Below are positions 49,901 to 62,856 of a stretch of DNA of 64,000 nucleotides, piece after piece (positions within the stretch are counted from its first letter, which is position 1; every line of letters starts with the position of its first letter). Location: positions 1 to 64,000 of the forward strand of contig JAAPAO010000017.1 of NCBI GenBank assembly GCA_013115145.1, in the 5' to 3' direction. The stretch is from Perkinsus chesapeaki ATCC PRA-425 (lineage: Eukaryota; Protista; Perkinsozoa). A model generated the notes under the pieces. It had not been told where the DNA came from and searched no databases. It was given only the letters and a program-made list of their open reading frames with translations. A program made the translations under genes and the position numbers.

Positions 49901-51768
49901 AGAGGACCGATCCGCGCTAGGGCTCCGAAGGCTCGGGGACTCCCTTATGCAGGCCGGTCGTGTGGCCGCAGCCGATGTCTGCTATATGCTGTGTAAAATG
50001 GTTAGCGGAGCGAAGCAACTGTTTGATCCCGTCGATGACCCCAACGCTGTTATGTGTATGCTACTGGTGGACCATCGAGATATCTCGCAACTCAGCCGCA
50101 TTCTCCAGCCCCAAGCTCTCCAAGCCTCGGAGGTCCTGGAGTATCTCGGCGGCAACTCGGAGGTCGAGCCCTCACTAGTCCCATTCAAGTTCGCATATGC
50201 CCAACGGTTGGCGGAATGTGGTTTGCTCGGCCAGGCGTCGGCCTACTATCAGCAGGTCTACGGTTTTATGAAGTCCCAGCCGCCGACAAGGTACTCGAAG
50301 CAGCTTAGGAGTCTTGTGGTGGACTTCGGCAAGAGGCTGGACCTGCATAGAAAATACGTTACCGAGGCGGAGCTCTGCGCGTCTGACTACAAGTTGGACG
50401 AGTCTGACTATCGCGGTGCGCGGATATGGAGTGGCATCAAGTCTCTGGCTGGAGGAGGATCCCGTCAGACGACACCAGAGAGCACGTGGGCCAAGGTAGT
50501 AGGGAGCAGCGTGGGCTGGGTAGTATAAAGTATATATTTTTCAGCCTGTCCAAACATCATCGATAACGCCTCATCAGCAGCAACAACCTACTGATCAACT
50601 AGAGAAGAAGATACCACCACCACTGGTACAGGTGCCTTCGACGGCACAGCCGGCGGCGGTGAGCATGGTCCAGCAGCGGCCAGAGGGGCAGCAGGCAGTG
50701 TATCATGGACAGGGTGGACATCCAGTTCATATGGATGAGAATGCTAACCCATTCGCTCATACTGCACACACTCACCCATCACAGCCCCCACCGCCACCAT
50801 CGACGACAAGCCATCCAACGCCACCGGTGGTGGCACCCCTACCAGTTCAGACAGCTGCCCACTACGGTCAGAGTCCAGCTGCCAGCCGAGGATCATGGTC
50901 TTCGGGAGCTCCCGTTCCCCACACTGCACCGGGGCCAATCCAGGGTGGAAGCAGCAGCAGAAGAGCCTACACTACCGGTCATGGCTACAGCAGCAGCCGT
51001 GACTCCCTGCCTGGTTCTGGCAGCCTTGTGTCTCCTGTGGCCAGCCACGCAGCCCCCACTGGTTTCGGTACATCTATGGCGCCTATCAATCCAGCTCTTC
51101 AGAGCGGGGTTACGCCCTACCCACCTCGACAGCAGCAGCAGCAGCCTTCTGTGGCATCACCATCTCAAGGTGTGGCTTCCCCCTCTGGTCCCGCTCATCG
51201 TTTGCCTAGTGGTGCTTTTTCCAATGCTGGTATGGCTAGCCCCCAGCCTCCATCGGCCACCGGACCTCAGCCAACCTTCTTTGGTGCCCAACAGCAGCAG
51301 CAACCACCTTACAGTGGCAGTCAGGAGTTCATGCCGCCACCAGGAGGCAGGCCACCGCTGATACCTCCGAACCAGCAGTGGGGAGCGAGGCCGGCCCCGG
51401 TTCGAACCCCGGCGAGGGAATCCCATAATGAGCATCACTCGGATGCGTTCGAGTCTGCAGGGAAGTATCTCGGTGGGATTCTCGGTGGGCTGAAGTCGGC
51501 CGTTGCTGGTATCTCCGAATCTATCTCCGGTCCGTCCCAGCCCGAGGGTGACCCCTATGCCATAGGAGAGGAGAACACATTTTATTATGATGAAGTCCGA
51601 AAGGAATGGCGACAGCGTGGCCAGCCGGAGGGTCAGATCCCGCCAGCTGTCGCGGCGGCCCCACCGCCACCAGCGGCCCCACTGGCTCCCCCACCCACTG
51701 GTTTCGCTCCAACTCAGAGGCGACAGTACACTCAGGGCAACTATGTTGATATTATGCGCTTTGGCTGA
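46978..51768 (+). CDS. SEC16: Sec16 COPII scaffold (ER exit site)
   Basis: Central conserved domain: VVFGFGGK..LASYPGPF..VLWRLL..WPVAAALL..LGDSLMQAGRVAAADVCYML..QASEVLEYL..LVPFKFAYAQRLAECGLLGQASAYYQQV. C-terminal Sec16 motif IGEENTFYYDEVRKEWR. Long disordered Pro-rich flanks. Confidence 0.88.
48516..48872 (+). repeat. Coding minisatellite, 24/27-bp unit, 14 copies of (A)ATVEPPKA
   Basis: gctacggtcgaacctccaaaggca units in the Sec16 N-terminal region. Confidence 0.95.
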
Positions 51769-51917
51769 TTGGCATCGCTGATGGAGTTATGTAACCATTA
51801 TATTACCATCTACGGCCATTGGTCTGGTCTACTGCCTGGGTCGTAATAAGTTTGATGAAATCCTTACTAGATCATCACATTGGCTTGTGTTTTGGTAGTC
51901 ATATCAGGGGAAGGTAG

Positions 51918-54900
51918 ATGGACTTTTTAAAAAGGATAAATGATATCTTAGATGCTGCTGATGCCGAGGCTGATGCTGACGAGGGTGCCTCCCCCAACAG
52001 CAGCAGGAGGAGCAAAGGAACGGTAGTGACTGGGAGAGCCCCTGGACTGGCATGGAGATGATACTTAGGACCATGGCCCAACTCAGGCAGAGGATAGTGC
52101 AAGGGCAGCTGAGGTGGTGCCGGTAGTGAGTGCATCAGTCCGCTGCTGCCATGAGGATTCAAGGTGTCGTCCACTTCAGGTTGAGAGCAGCGGTAGGTCC
52201 GCATGGATGACCAGTGGATCATCCTGGGTTAAAGGGATATCCAACAAAGCTTCTGCAGCTCTGCAAAATATGGGCACTCCATCACCCCCTGGAAAGGCAG
52301 TCTCATTGGGCTCGTATCCTCCAACAGGGTCCTCTCCAGTGGTGCCAGACCATCTGTTCGGCTCGGCTGCGGCGGCGGATGAAGATCTCCTAGAATGGGA
52401 GAGCGAGGCAGCCACCTCTACGTGGAGGCCGAGTAGGGATTCAACAGTGCCTAAGTCATCGACGCCTACTGTCACTGCTAGTGACGTATTCGGTGGAGTA
52501 GCTCCGGAGGCTGGACGAATGGTGTCGGCAGAGGAGGAAGGAAGCGATGAGGAAATAGGGGTTAAGGGAGCGGTGAAGGAGCCTTTGGGGGGAGGACAAG
52601 AGATAGAGCAGGCTCCTCAGCCACCACAAGGCAGGCCAGAGGAGATAGAGCAGGCTCCTCAGCCACCACAAGGCAGGCCAGAGGAGATAGAGCAGGCCCC
52701 TCATCCACCACAAGGCAGGCCAGAGGAGATAGAGCAGGCCCCTCAGCCACCTCAGGGCAGGCCAGAGGAGATAGAGCAGGCTCCTCAGCCACCACAAGGC
52801 TTGCCAGAGGAGATAGAGCAGGCCCCTCAGCCACCACAGGGCAGGCCAGAGGAGATAGTGCAGGCTCCTCAGCCGCCACAGGAGAGCATTGATCCTGGAA
52901 AGGAGGCTCATAGGTCGTCAGATAAGGGCTGCTCTGTACCGGACAGTAAGGGAGTCGAACTTCCTAATGAACCAAGTACGACTAAGCCTGCTATCATACA
53001 CCCACTCACCCTGGTTGATACTGCCGCTGCTGTTCTTCGACCACAGCCTCCACCACCACCAGTAGCCGACTCAGATGGATACGGTTCATCGACTGTGCTC
53101 TTCGGTGAAAAGTCTGATGATGACCAGTCCGGCTCGAGTGCCCGAGGGGAGGGTAACGTAGTCGAAGAACCCCATCTGGAAGAGAGCGGTGGTGGCGATG
53201 ATGATGATGATGCCACACGGTCGCCTCCGCCCCCGCCGCCGTTGCCCGATACGACGGATGAGAGTCCCTCTCTGTCCACTACACCAAGGCTGACTACATC
53301 TGAGGCATCTTCAGAGGACAAAGCCGTAGAGCCACCGACAGCTGGCGGCGGCGGCGGTGATCACACTCCAGGCGGCAGGACTGGTAGGAGAGTAGTGAAT
53401 ATAATGGTATCGGACTGGGAGTGTGTAGATGAGCGTAGCGGTGATTCCTCGGGCAGCAGTCTTGGAAGTCGAGTGATGGTGGAAGAGAATACAAGGATGT
53501 TGTTGGAGAAGGCAGAGGTAAAGTGAGGGGGAGGGGGTCATGGTTATGGATACTTGAACTGCTGTAGGATTGTAGGATTAGATGTCGGCCATGTTGTGCA
53601 ATTTGTCCCATTTACTATTATACTATACAATAGTGTATATCATTACTATTGCGGATATATTGAATTTCGATATAAATCTAGCTCGCTTGGATTGAACCTT
53701 ACAAGTACCGCAGTTCCTCCCTTAGACACTCGAGAGGCTTCTGGCCGACTCCAAGTCGAGGCTGAATGACCTTGAGAAGGCCTTCCATTTGAAGGATGAA
53801 GAGCTAGATGATCTCCAACGTACCTATGCAGATGAGATAGCCAAGACGGTCGGCCGCGGAGATGGGTAGGTCCTGGGTAGGTCCGGCTAGGGTCGACTGG
53901 TCGGATAAGGTCACTACAGAGCCTTAGAAGGGAGATGCAAAGGCTCCGTCAGAGATGCGTCGATCTGCAGGAGGAGCTACAGCGGCAGATGAGAGGATCG
54001 GAGAGGGACGTTGAAGCGGCCAGACAGGAAATGGAGGGAGAGGTAGGCCTGTGGAGGAGGGCTCCATGTCCCTGGCATGGTCTTCTCAGTTGGCGCTGCT
54101 GCTCGGGCAGAAGGACACTCTTGTGACCGATCTAAAGGCGCAGTTGAAGACCGAGAAAGGCAGGCCCTTTTTGGAAACATTTTCGCTTTCAAACGACTCC
54201 TGATTCAGGTCGCTCCACTCAGCTGGAGACTGATCTGACGGCAGCACGTAGCAAGTGCCAGAGCATGTACCCGGGCAGAGGAGAAGGGATTTGGGGTGGG
54301 GAAGTTGGCTTTCAGGGACGCCAGCTCATCAAGCGAGATAACTAAACTTCGGCGGGAACTTGGCGACTACTCCGAGGCCAATGCTGAGCTGAAGAATGCG
54401 TAGGTCGGTGAAGGCTGGTGAGCTGCAGGATCTTGACAGATACGCAAACGCTAATGCTGAGGTGGAGAGGCTGTCGGCAGCGATGGCTGAGGGCAGTAAG
54501 AGAAGTGAGGAGATGGAGAAGTCTCTGGCCGATGCTGAGCTCCGGGCTGAGGTAGGCAGTGCTGCGTAGTAGAGCAGGCAGCAGCAGGCAGCTATAGTAT
54601 ATATAAAGTTACTATAGACTCGGGATGTTGGGGATAGACATGACACTAATAGGATACTTCTAATAGAGGATTTCAGCTCAGGGAGCGCAGGTAGTTGAAT
54701 AAAGATGAGGAGAACTTGCTTAAAATGGATGTTATTAAAGTACCAGCCTTTTTTATGTCAATAATGAGTCACTTAGCATCTTTATCCCTTGTCACGCCTC
54801 CCTCTCAGAATGCCTCTACGGAGTCGGCCAAGCTAGCTCAACAAGTTTTCGAACTCCAAACAAGTCTTCATGAGAAGGACTTCGCAGCAGCCACATCTGA

Positions 54901-55865
54901 GGCAGTGGCGTCGGCCAAGAAGCAAGCCTCAGATCTCGAGGTGACCAAGTCCCCCATGCCCAGTGGCACCTAATTGCCTTCAGGAATCTTTAAAGGACAA
55001 GACGTCCGCCTTAGCACGAGCAGAAGAGGAGCTACGGCAGGCCAGCAGCCGAGCCGAAAGCGACAAGCAGCGGTACATGTCTGCCCCTGCTGTTGTAGCA
55101 GCCATACACTGTCATCTTTAGGTTGATGTCTCGGATAGCGTCTCTAGAGTCTGAGCTTGATTCAACGAAGGCGAGCCTTGCCAACCAAGCCTCTCCACCA
55201 GACACGGATTTACAAGTAGCCTCCAAATCTGCGCATGCGTGCAGATACCAGAATCAGGATACCATCTCTCGGTTGCAAAGAGGAATGACCCAAGCCGCTC
55301 AGGGGCACGTTCGAGAGGTAGAGGTGCTCCAAAAACGGTAGGCGTGTCCGGTACTACAATGATCGGCACTGGTGGTTGGTATCAGGATCTCGGAGAAGGA
55401 CCGGAGAATAGAGGCTCTGGTGTGTGAGGTTAACACCTATCGTAACGAACAGCAGGATACGTCTACGTATAAGGTAAGCCGTCATACCGTAACTTCCGCA
55501 AATAATCTAACTTTAGCAATCTGGCCGTCGATTGAGCGAGATGGAACTTGGCGAGATGTCACCAGTTGGTACGCCAACTATAGGAAGAAACAAACGGATA
55601 AGAGATGGTATCCCTGCGTCACTCGCCACGAAATTGCAAGGTTCATTCAGGCATGGTAGAGCTAAGGCCCAACCGCGGGTCGCCGGTCCTAAAGCTGATC
55701 AACGAGATCGACTCTGTGTGTCGAGGATTGGTCCGACAACTCCTTCGATCACCGTTTGCTAGGGTTCTTCTACTCCTTTACTTCATAGCGTTACATGTCT
55801 GGGTCCTGCTCGTGCTGCAGTGGTCCATCCGAGATAGAAACCAATCAGGAGGAGGCGTCCACTGA
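51918..55865 (+). CDS. GOLGA5: Golgin-84 (GOLGA5/GC1)-like tail-anchored golgin
   Basis: N-terminus MDFLKRINDILDAAD, disordered region, long coiled coils, and a C-terminal golgin-84-type LINEIDSVCRGLVRQLLRSPFARVLLLLYFIALHVWVLLVL membrane anchor. Confidence 0.75.
52600..52884 (+). repeat. Coding minisatellite, 42-bp unit, 7 copies of EIEQAPQPPQGRPE
   Basis: gaggagatagagcaggc(t/c)cctcagccaccacaaggcaggcca tandem array in the golgin N-terminal region. Confidence 0.95.
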
Positions 55866-56139
55866 TGATGTTACATTTTAACCCGAGATACACTTACCAT
55901 TCCTGCCAAGTGAACTTTATCAGCATACCTCTGGTAGTTGCGTTGAGTCGTCAAGCTCCTCCCTCGTCATTGCAGCACCCTTTTTTACACTTTTTCCATC
56001 AGTTTATTCCGTCCTCCGTTCATGCTCAACACAGAGTTTCCAGAGCAAGAACTGGCCGTGAGGAATTTGGTATCCCCTCTACTCTCTCTGCCACTGTTCA
56101 TCCCTGCGTGCCAGGTCCTTTCTGTATGTGATCTGAAAC

Positions 56140-58562
56140 AGCACGGCGATGCCCCACAGGCCCGAGCAGCGGGAAGAGCAGCCACTATTGGGACCAGGTG
56201 AGACCATCGACGATGATTTCTCCTCCCACTTGCCTTGTAGAATGTATCTCTTCGGTGGCGCAGATGACCGGAGATGTTTTGGAAACGACGGCGAGGTGAT
56301 CATGCGAACTCCGGAGCGTCGCTGTGGCGTATACTGCTACGGTTCAGATTCATTTGTTGGAGATTGAACAGATGAAGTGGACAAGGCTTCAGGGAACGGG
56401 AGATCTCCCTAAAGCACGCTTCGGCCACACACTTCATGTACTTAAAAATGCACCTTCCCGGGATCGAACCCGCGCCTCCGGCTTCCAGGTCATTTCCGAT
56501 ACGGACTTGCTGCTTTTCGGTGGACTTTGTACCGCGGAAGGCTCTACTTGCCATCCTGAGTTTCTCGGTCCGAATGCTCCTGCGTGGAGCCACGGTGCCG
56601 CGGAGCCCTCAGCTGACCTCTATATCTTCAACACCAGGTCAGCTGCTGCCATTCACCCGTCTCTCACTTCCCCTCAGGACTCTAGTTTGGTCTCGTCCGA
56701 CCCTTACTAGCTCCGACTGCCCTTCCGGCCGTTACCTGCATTCCAGCGCTGTGGTGAGCCCCTTAGGATCTCAACAGCTCACTGAGTCTAAGTCAGGCGG
56801 GAGAGAACCTTGTTGTGTACGGTGGTTTGGCTGCCAGCGGCGAGCCCAATGGTGAGGTGTGGGTCCTCAACCTGTCCACTTGGCACTGGCAGAAGGTCAG
56901 TGTTGCTGTCCCTGAGAGGATGACGATCGGTGGTCAGATGTCGCCATCTATAGCTCTTCCGCCAGCCTTCGGTCATGCTATGGCCACCTTTAACAAGGAT
57001 ATTTACTCTTTTGGCGGCAATTACGGCGATGAGGACGAGGGAGAGAACCTCAACGAACTCTACAAGTTCAGTATCAAATCGGGGAACTCCGTACAGGTAG
57101 ATCCGCACAGGTTCGATCCCGGCATGATGTATTTCAAGGTCTCAATTTGCGACATTAATAACTCTACCGCACCCTGCCAGCGTCGATTCCATTCCATGGA
57201 CGTCATTGCCGGAAGGTGTCCCATCCCAGTCGATTCCTCCTTCACATGATTTCTCAGGCTCTACGTCCTCGCCGGGGCCTCCTCCCCCTCCTCGACAAAC
57301 TTCACCGATCTCTATGTGTAAGCCAAAGCCGTCGTTAAGATATTCGAGGCCGTCCTGGTCAGGTATGACACGGTGGCCAGTCGATGGTCGAGGCCCCTTT
57401 ACGATGGTTCGCCAATTGCGCTGAGGGCTCATACAACCACAGTGCTGCACGACAAGCTCTTGATCTTCGGAGGCGTCAGGTGAACTTGGCAAGGCAGCAG
57501 CAACCGATTGCCAGCTGTCCTCGGCAGGGATAAACCCGGCTCCGATGAAGTGCGCATCTCCAAGAAGCTGTTCTTCCTCAACGTATTGGAGATAAAGGAG
57601 GGCGCAGTAAGGCCGGCCAGAAGAGCGGTTTGGCCCTCGGATACCTCTCTTTAGACGGAGGGCGATTTCAAGTTCAAGCTGGTGTCGGTGGGCGACTCTG
57701 GTGTCGGCAAGTCCTGCCTCCTCACTCGCTTTGTCAATGACGTTTACTCTGACTTCCACGTCTCCACAATCGGTGTTGATTTCGTAAGGCCATCTTTCCT
57801 TGTAGGATTCCCTGAATGTGTTCTATCAGAAAACCGTGGTGACCATGGTAAAGGGTCGTCTAGTGAAGCTCCAGCTGGTAGGGGCATCTGACCGCCACTT
57901 GGAAATGCTTCCGTTTCAGTGGGACACGGCTGGGCAGGAGCGTTTCTCTGTGGTAACTGGCAACTACTACCGCAACGCAGATGGATTCGTTCTAGTGTAC
58001 GACGCGACGAGCAAAGTATCACTGAGCCGCTGCTCTCCCATGTCGCAACCCCCCTCCCTTCAGAGCTCATTCGATCACATAGACCAATGGCTCTCGCAAA
58101 TCCAGCAGCATCATGATCTTGGCCCAAACACTATAAAAATATTAGTTGGTAAATCTTAGCTCCAACCGTGACTGATTCATTTTATGTTGTTTAGGTAACA
58201 AGTATGATCTGTCGTCTGAAGTAGTGATCACCGAATTCGAGGGCGAAAAGAAGGCAAAACAGATCGGTGCGTTTTTCGTGGCCGCCTCTGCGAAGACGGC
58301 CAGCAATGTCGACTTAGCATTTTTAACGGGTACACAGCCTCTCCTAATGCGATACTGTAACAGTCTTCTGTAAGGTGCACAAAAGCTGGTTGAAATGCGT
58401 CGTGAACAGCAACAGGCGCAGCAGCAGGTTAGCGCTCCATCGGCTACCCCGTTTCATTCCTTCTGTTTGCCTCAGCGAAATAACGTCCAGCGGCTTCAAT
58501 TGGAGAGCGGCGAGCCCAGCGCTTCGACAAATTTCTGTACTCAATCTTGCGCTACACGTTAG
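56140..58562 (+). CDS. Kelch beta-propeller / Rab1-like GTPase fusion protein
   Basis: Kelch repeats: [17 protein letters not shown]|RMYLFGG; [17 protein letters not shown]; VVYGG; [17 protein letters not shown]; RRFHSM; [19 protein letters not shown] 48-nt phase-0 intron (57607-57654) joins these in frame to the Rab: [40 protein letters not shown]; ends FCTQSCATR*. True start lies slightly upstream of 56140. Confidence 0.85.
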
Positions 58563-59105
58563 CTCTGGTATCATTTGATCTCAATGGGAGTTTTTTCTGA
58601 TTCATCACTGTTGAGTTCTCAAAGTAACTCGGGGGAAGTTTCGCATCCCGAACATGGGAAGAAAACGTGGCACATTAACCAACGGAAACAGAATATTCTG
58701 CCGAAAGGCGATAACAATACGGCCGACGTTTCTACTACGCCGCAGCTGTAAACCCCCCTCGATGACATACCCAGGTTTTTCAAGGCCTTCTCGTCGACAA
58801 ATGAGCGTAAGAGTCCGAAGCGTTGTAGCATTCTACAACATAACCGATTTTCGACGACTCAAAAACACAAATCTTTGAGCGAAGACAAGACGCACCACAG
58901 CCATTGTCATGGAATAACAATCTCACGCCCAAAGCCACTGCTCTGTGTGCTCTGCATCGCTTGATATCCGAACCACCTAAAAACACCGGCACCTCGTGAT
59001 AATCCGGTCATAGGGGGATAAGTCTTACAGTCGTGTTTGGTAACGCTCTAGTCTGTCTCTAATGCCGATGCTTGGCGCCATGGATGCACTGAAAGCATGA
59101 CGCAG

Positions 59106-62100
59106 TTAAGATAGGAGCGAGTATGCCTCATCGTGCCTCTGGTGGCTTGAAGTTCTCTCAAGTAGAGCAGTCATAACTTTTCGAGACCGAGCCTGCCCAA
59201 CAAGCCATGACAAGGCAACCTGCAAACAACCAGGACTGTAGAGGGTATACAAGACTTCATTCTTACGCTGCTTTGTCGCAATGCGTCACCGTCATTGGTA
59301 TCTCGATAGATGGTGATAGCTTTCCGCATCACACCTATGATACTCTGGAAAACCTGAGTTGACATATCGACATTGACGGCGTGATCTTCGCAGGAGTTAC
59401 TGTCTCTAGCCGGACAATCGCCTCAGTTAACCGTTCCTCAGTCGTCGAGACATCCGTCACGAATCTGAACCACTAACGCAAATGCGGATCCGAACTCTGA
59501 CAGTCGATGTTCACCCGCTCATTTGCGACCGTTCCTGTCTTTCTCGAAGTTCTGAACGGTCTGAAGCAGTCCGAGTAATCGGCATGCACTAAATAGGACC
59601 CTTACCAATAGGCATGAAACTGCTAGCTCTCGAAAGAGACTTTACACGGCTGGACTTCTCGTCTGATACAGAAGAACTCAGTCTAAAATTAGCCGTAGTC
59701 CCCACCATTAGGAGTGATGCTCGCCAGAGCCTCATCCAGCCCACACTTAACCGAGCTTGACGGTTTTATCTCATTAACCTATGACGGAAGCTGTACAGGA
59801 AGACCTTAAGAAGCAGCTGACCAGGCGACAGGTCGCTCTCCTCCATCCCTCAGAGCTAGTTAATATCGCTGAAGATGACAGGGAGTGGTTCATCTCTGAC
59901 TGGGTGAGGCTAAGAGGGAAGTTCCCTGTGCCATTTTCAATAGCTTCTCGTACCTCATAAACCTGCTTCGCTCCTCTTCCATCGCCCCAGCGGCTTCTCG
60001 TTTATGCCTGTCCAAGCGAAGCTTCAGTTTATCTATCTGTGTCTTCATAGCAGATATACAGACGAACGCCTGCAGGTGGCAAAAGGGGTTTTGGCACCAG
60101 TAGCGGCAGACACTCACATTGAACATCCAGGGCTCCGTAAAGACCGATTTTCCGCAGGTCTCTTGCAAATGCTTGGCACCTGCGCACGTGAATACAGAAG
60201 GGAATGCGGGTGGCTTCTGGTTTACACTCTGGAGGAGTGACTCCCATCTCGAGTAGCTCTCGCACTATGGCACTCGCTGCACTGCCGTCAGGCTCCGTAC
60301 AGACCTTTAGAACGTCCACAAGCACCTAAATAGTTTACGCTGCCCATGGGACCCAAAAGTGCGTTACCTGGCATTTGGACTTTCTCGAGTCCTTATACAA
60401 GAACCTGGCATCTTTAAGCGCGTTGGTAACACTGCCAAGCTTCTGGGAAAGATCCGCGACTTGAGCGCCGAGCGTTGCTCGGTCATTCTCGAGCCTGATC
60501 ACAATGTGATAAGGCGCTTCCATACCTCAAACGGAATCATACTTTTCCTCTTCTTGGTCCTCCATTTGTCTTTGCTTTATTCTGTCCATTGCCGAGAGAG
60601 TTGATATCTGCCAGACTTCGTCAGAGCCAGGGCAGTGCAGTAGACATTAACCGACCTCCTCAAGTGGTAACCTTCTGACTGTCCGCTGATTCAGCAGCTC
60701 CAGCTGGAAGGTCTCCTCATCCAACTGGAAGGCAACCGTGTAGCCGTTTCCCGGGTAGCTAGTATGTCTCACCTCTGCTGTGAGCTCCTTGGCCAACTTA
60801 CCGAGTTCAGCAACTTCCTCGGACCTCTCGGCGATGAAGTTGTTCAGCTCGGTGAGAGTAGAGAGGACCCGAAAGTCGCTCGGCGCTGTGGTCTCTGCAG
60901 ATAAACTATGATAACACGCCTCAAGGGGACAGGTCTCACGTGTGTCCCTGTGCCGACGATCATCTCGAGCCGCAACTTTGAGCTTCTCAACTAGGCGACC
61001 AAGATCATTTAGATTCTGACGGCCTGCAACGTGTAGAGTTCCCTCTGTAATCGGAGGTAATGCCTTACCAGCTGCCGTTCGGGGAGCCCACTTCCCTTTG
61101 TTGGATCTAGACTTCCCGATGGCCGCTCCTTTACGTAGCAAGTTGGATATAGTGCCCGGTACCACCAGATCATCGAGGTGCTTCACAGACTCTACCTGAG
61201 CAGCACCCTGGAAACAGCAGCAGACTGTTGGTTTCGGCGATCAGCTGTGATGATATGATTCGCAATGGTCTCGTGTAGCTACAGCTAAGGCTGTCGAGTG
61301 AATTCAGTGTGAGCTGTTATGGAGACTGTAAAGTGAGAGAGTAAGCATTATGCCCAGTAAAGCAAGTGTGAAGAGTGTGCGAGAAGGATACAGTAGCTGG
61401 TTCACCTCAGCAAGGGTATCAGTGGCATCTGCCGAGTGCGGCAGTATGCCTGGTCCTCGATAATGTCGGATAAGCGGGTTACGAGGTATTCCACAAATTG
61501 GCGGCAAATGACCCGGCGTCGATGCCGCTGACCGCGGTTGCTGATGCCATACCATTGCTGTGTGTAACTCGTACGGCTGTTCGTCTCGCAACTTCGTCGT
61601 GTACCAAGGCCCACAGTTGACAGATGCCAACTCCCCTCATGGTCCAACACAACAGTCGTCTGCCAACAGCAAAAGCTTCATGCGGACATGTGTTTCAACG
61701 AACGACTCTTTCTCAGCACCGGCGGTGGGGCATGGTCCAGCTCATCTCGATCAACTTGTCCATCCTCAGAAGCCTCGTCAACAAGTAACCGGGACGCCTT
61801 CCGTGAGGCGGAAGATCTCCTCGACTTGTGGTGGTGAGCCTCTCGGTGATGATCGTCTCCGGTGTTATCAGCTTGCTGCTCAGCAATCTGCCTCACCAAG
61901 CCAGCCAGGAACTCCTGCTGTTTTAGTCGACTGCTAGGCCTCATCCTTCTCGCAATGCTTTCCCGTGCCCCGTCACTGCGCTGCCGGTCCGAACCGTCAG
62001 AGCTCTCCTCGACCGCCTTCGTCCCTCGCCGAGCCTCCAGCGTATCTACAGGCTCCTCCGCGTCAACCTCTTCAACAGGCGGCCTGGACTTCCGTCTCTG

Positions 62101-62469
62101 ACTCCTCTTCCGTTCCTTGACGGGCTCTGCCACCTCCTCCAGGCGCCGCGAGGACCGCCGTGCGCTTTTACGTCGCAGCTTGCTTTTTCGTGCCGCACTG
62201 TGGGTCTGTCTCTCCTCGTCCTCTTCCCGTTCCAGGAGCCCGGCTCTCCCGAAGTCCGCGTCTGAATCCACAGAAACATCGGCAACCTTCTCCGGCCGCA
62301 TCTGCGGTGGCGCTTCAACCCTCGCCGCCGCCGCCGGTTGCTCTGCAGTGGCAGCACGTCGGGCATTTTCCGCGAACAACGAGTGTGCCTGGCGAGTACA
62401 GGGATGCAGTCCGGTAGAGCCGCGTGGCATGTGATAACCTACCATCTCGAGGATCCTATTAGATGACAT
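59106..62469 (-). CDS. Large hypothetical coiled-coil protein (could be two genes)
   Basis: Exon-like segments include a Lys/Arg/Glu-rich disordered region (61678-62450) and coiled-coil segments (LENDRATLGAQVADLSQKL; TQIDKLKLRLDRHKRE). No domain recognised. Confidence 0.5.
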
Positions 62470-62856
62470 AATATAAAGATCCAATTTATCTACAACTCGT
62501 TCGAGCCTAAAGGACACTCATACTTCTATGGGACATCAGCTCGCTACCTGTCACAAAGACGATCCAGTCGGAGGTCTGTCAAGGATGCGACCGAATGCGG
62601 CATCGCCCCTGCATGCACATTCGGCATGCGATAAGCGCTGCTATAGGGGTCATTTCTATCGTTGGTGACCATGTCCAAAGGGACCAGTAGCTACTCTGGT
62701 TAGGGTAATTGACAACACAACAGTCTATCCTACATCACCAAGATCAATTGAATGCTGCACGTGCTCTTCATGGCCAACTTCCCCTGCCGTGCCCGATACT
62801 GCACGGTGGTAGTCACGGCCTGCTAAGGCTCTGCGTCGATACAGTACTGGGAGCAG

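Noticed and set aside
48516-52884. Tandem arrays as CRISPR repeats
   Set aside because: They have no unique spacers, lie in frame within eukaryotic exons, and no cas genes are present.
56149-56367. Track ORF MPHRPEQ... as the start of the kelch-Rab gene
   Set aside because: The kelch-compatible reading ([12 protein letters not shown]|RMYLFGG) uses a different frame, so the real start is upstream.
56455-56480. GGGATCGAACCC reverse B-box
   Set aside because: It lies within a kelch coding exon (RDRTRASG) and is coincidental.
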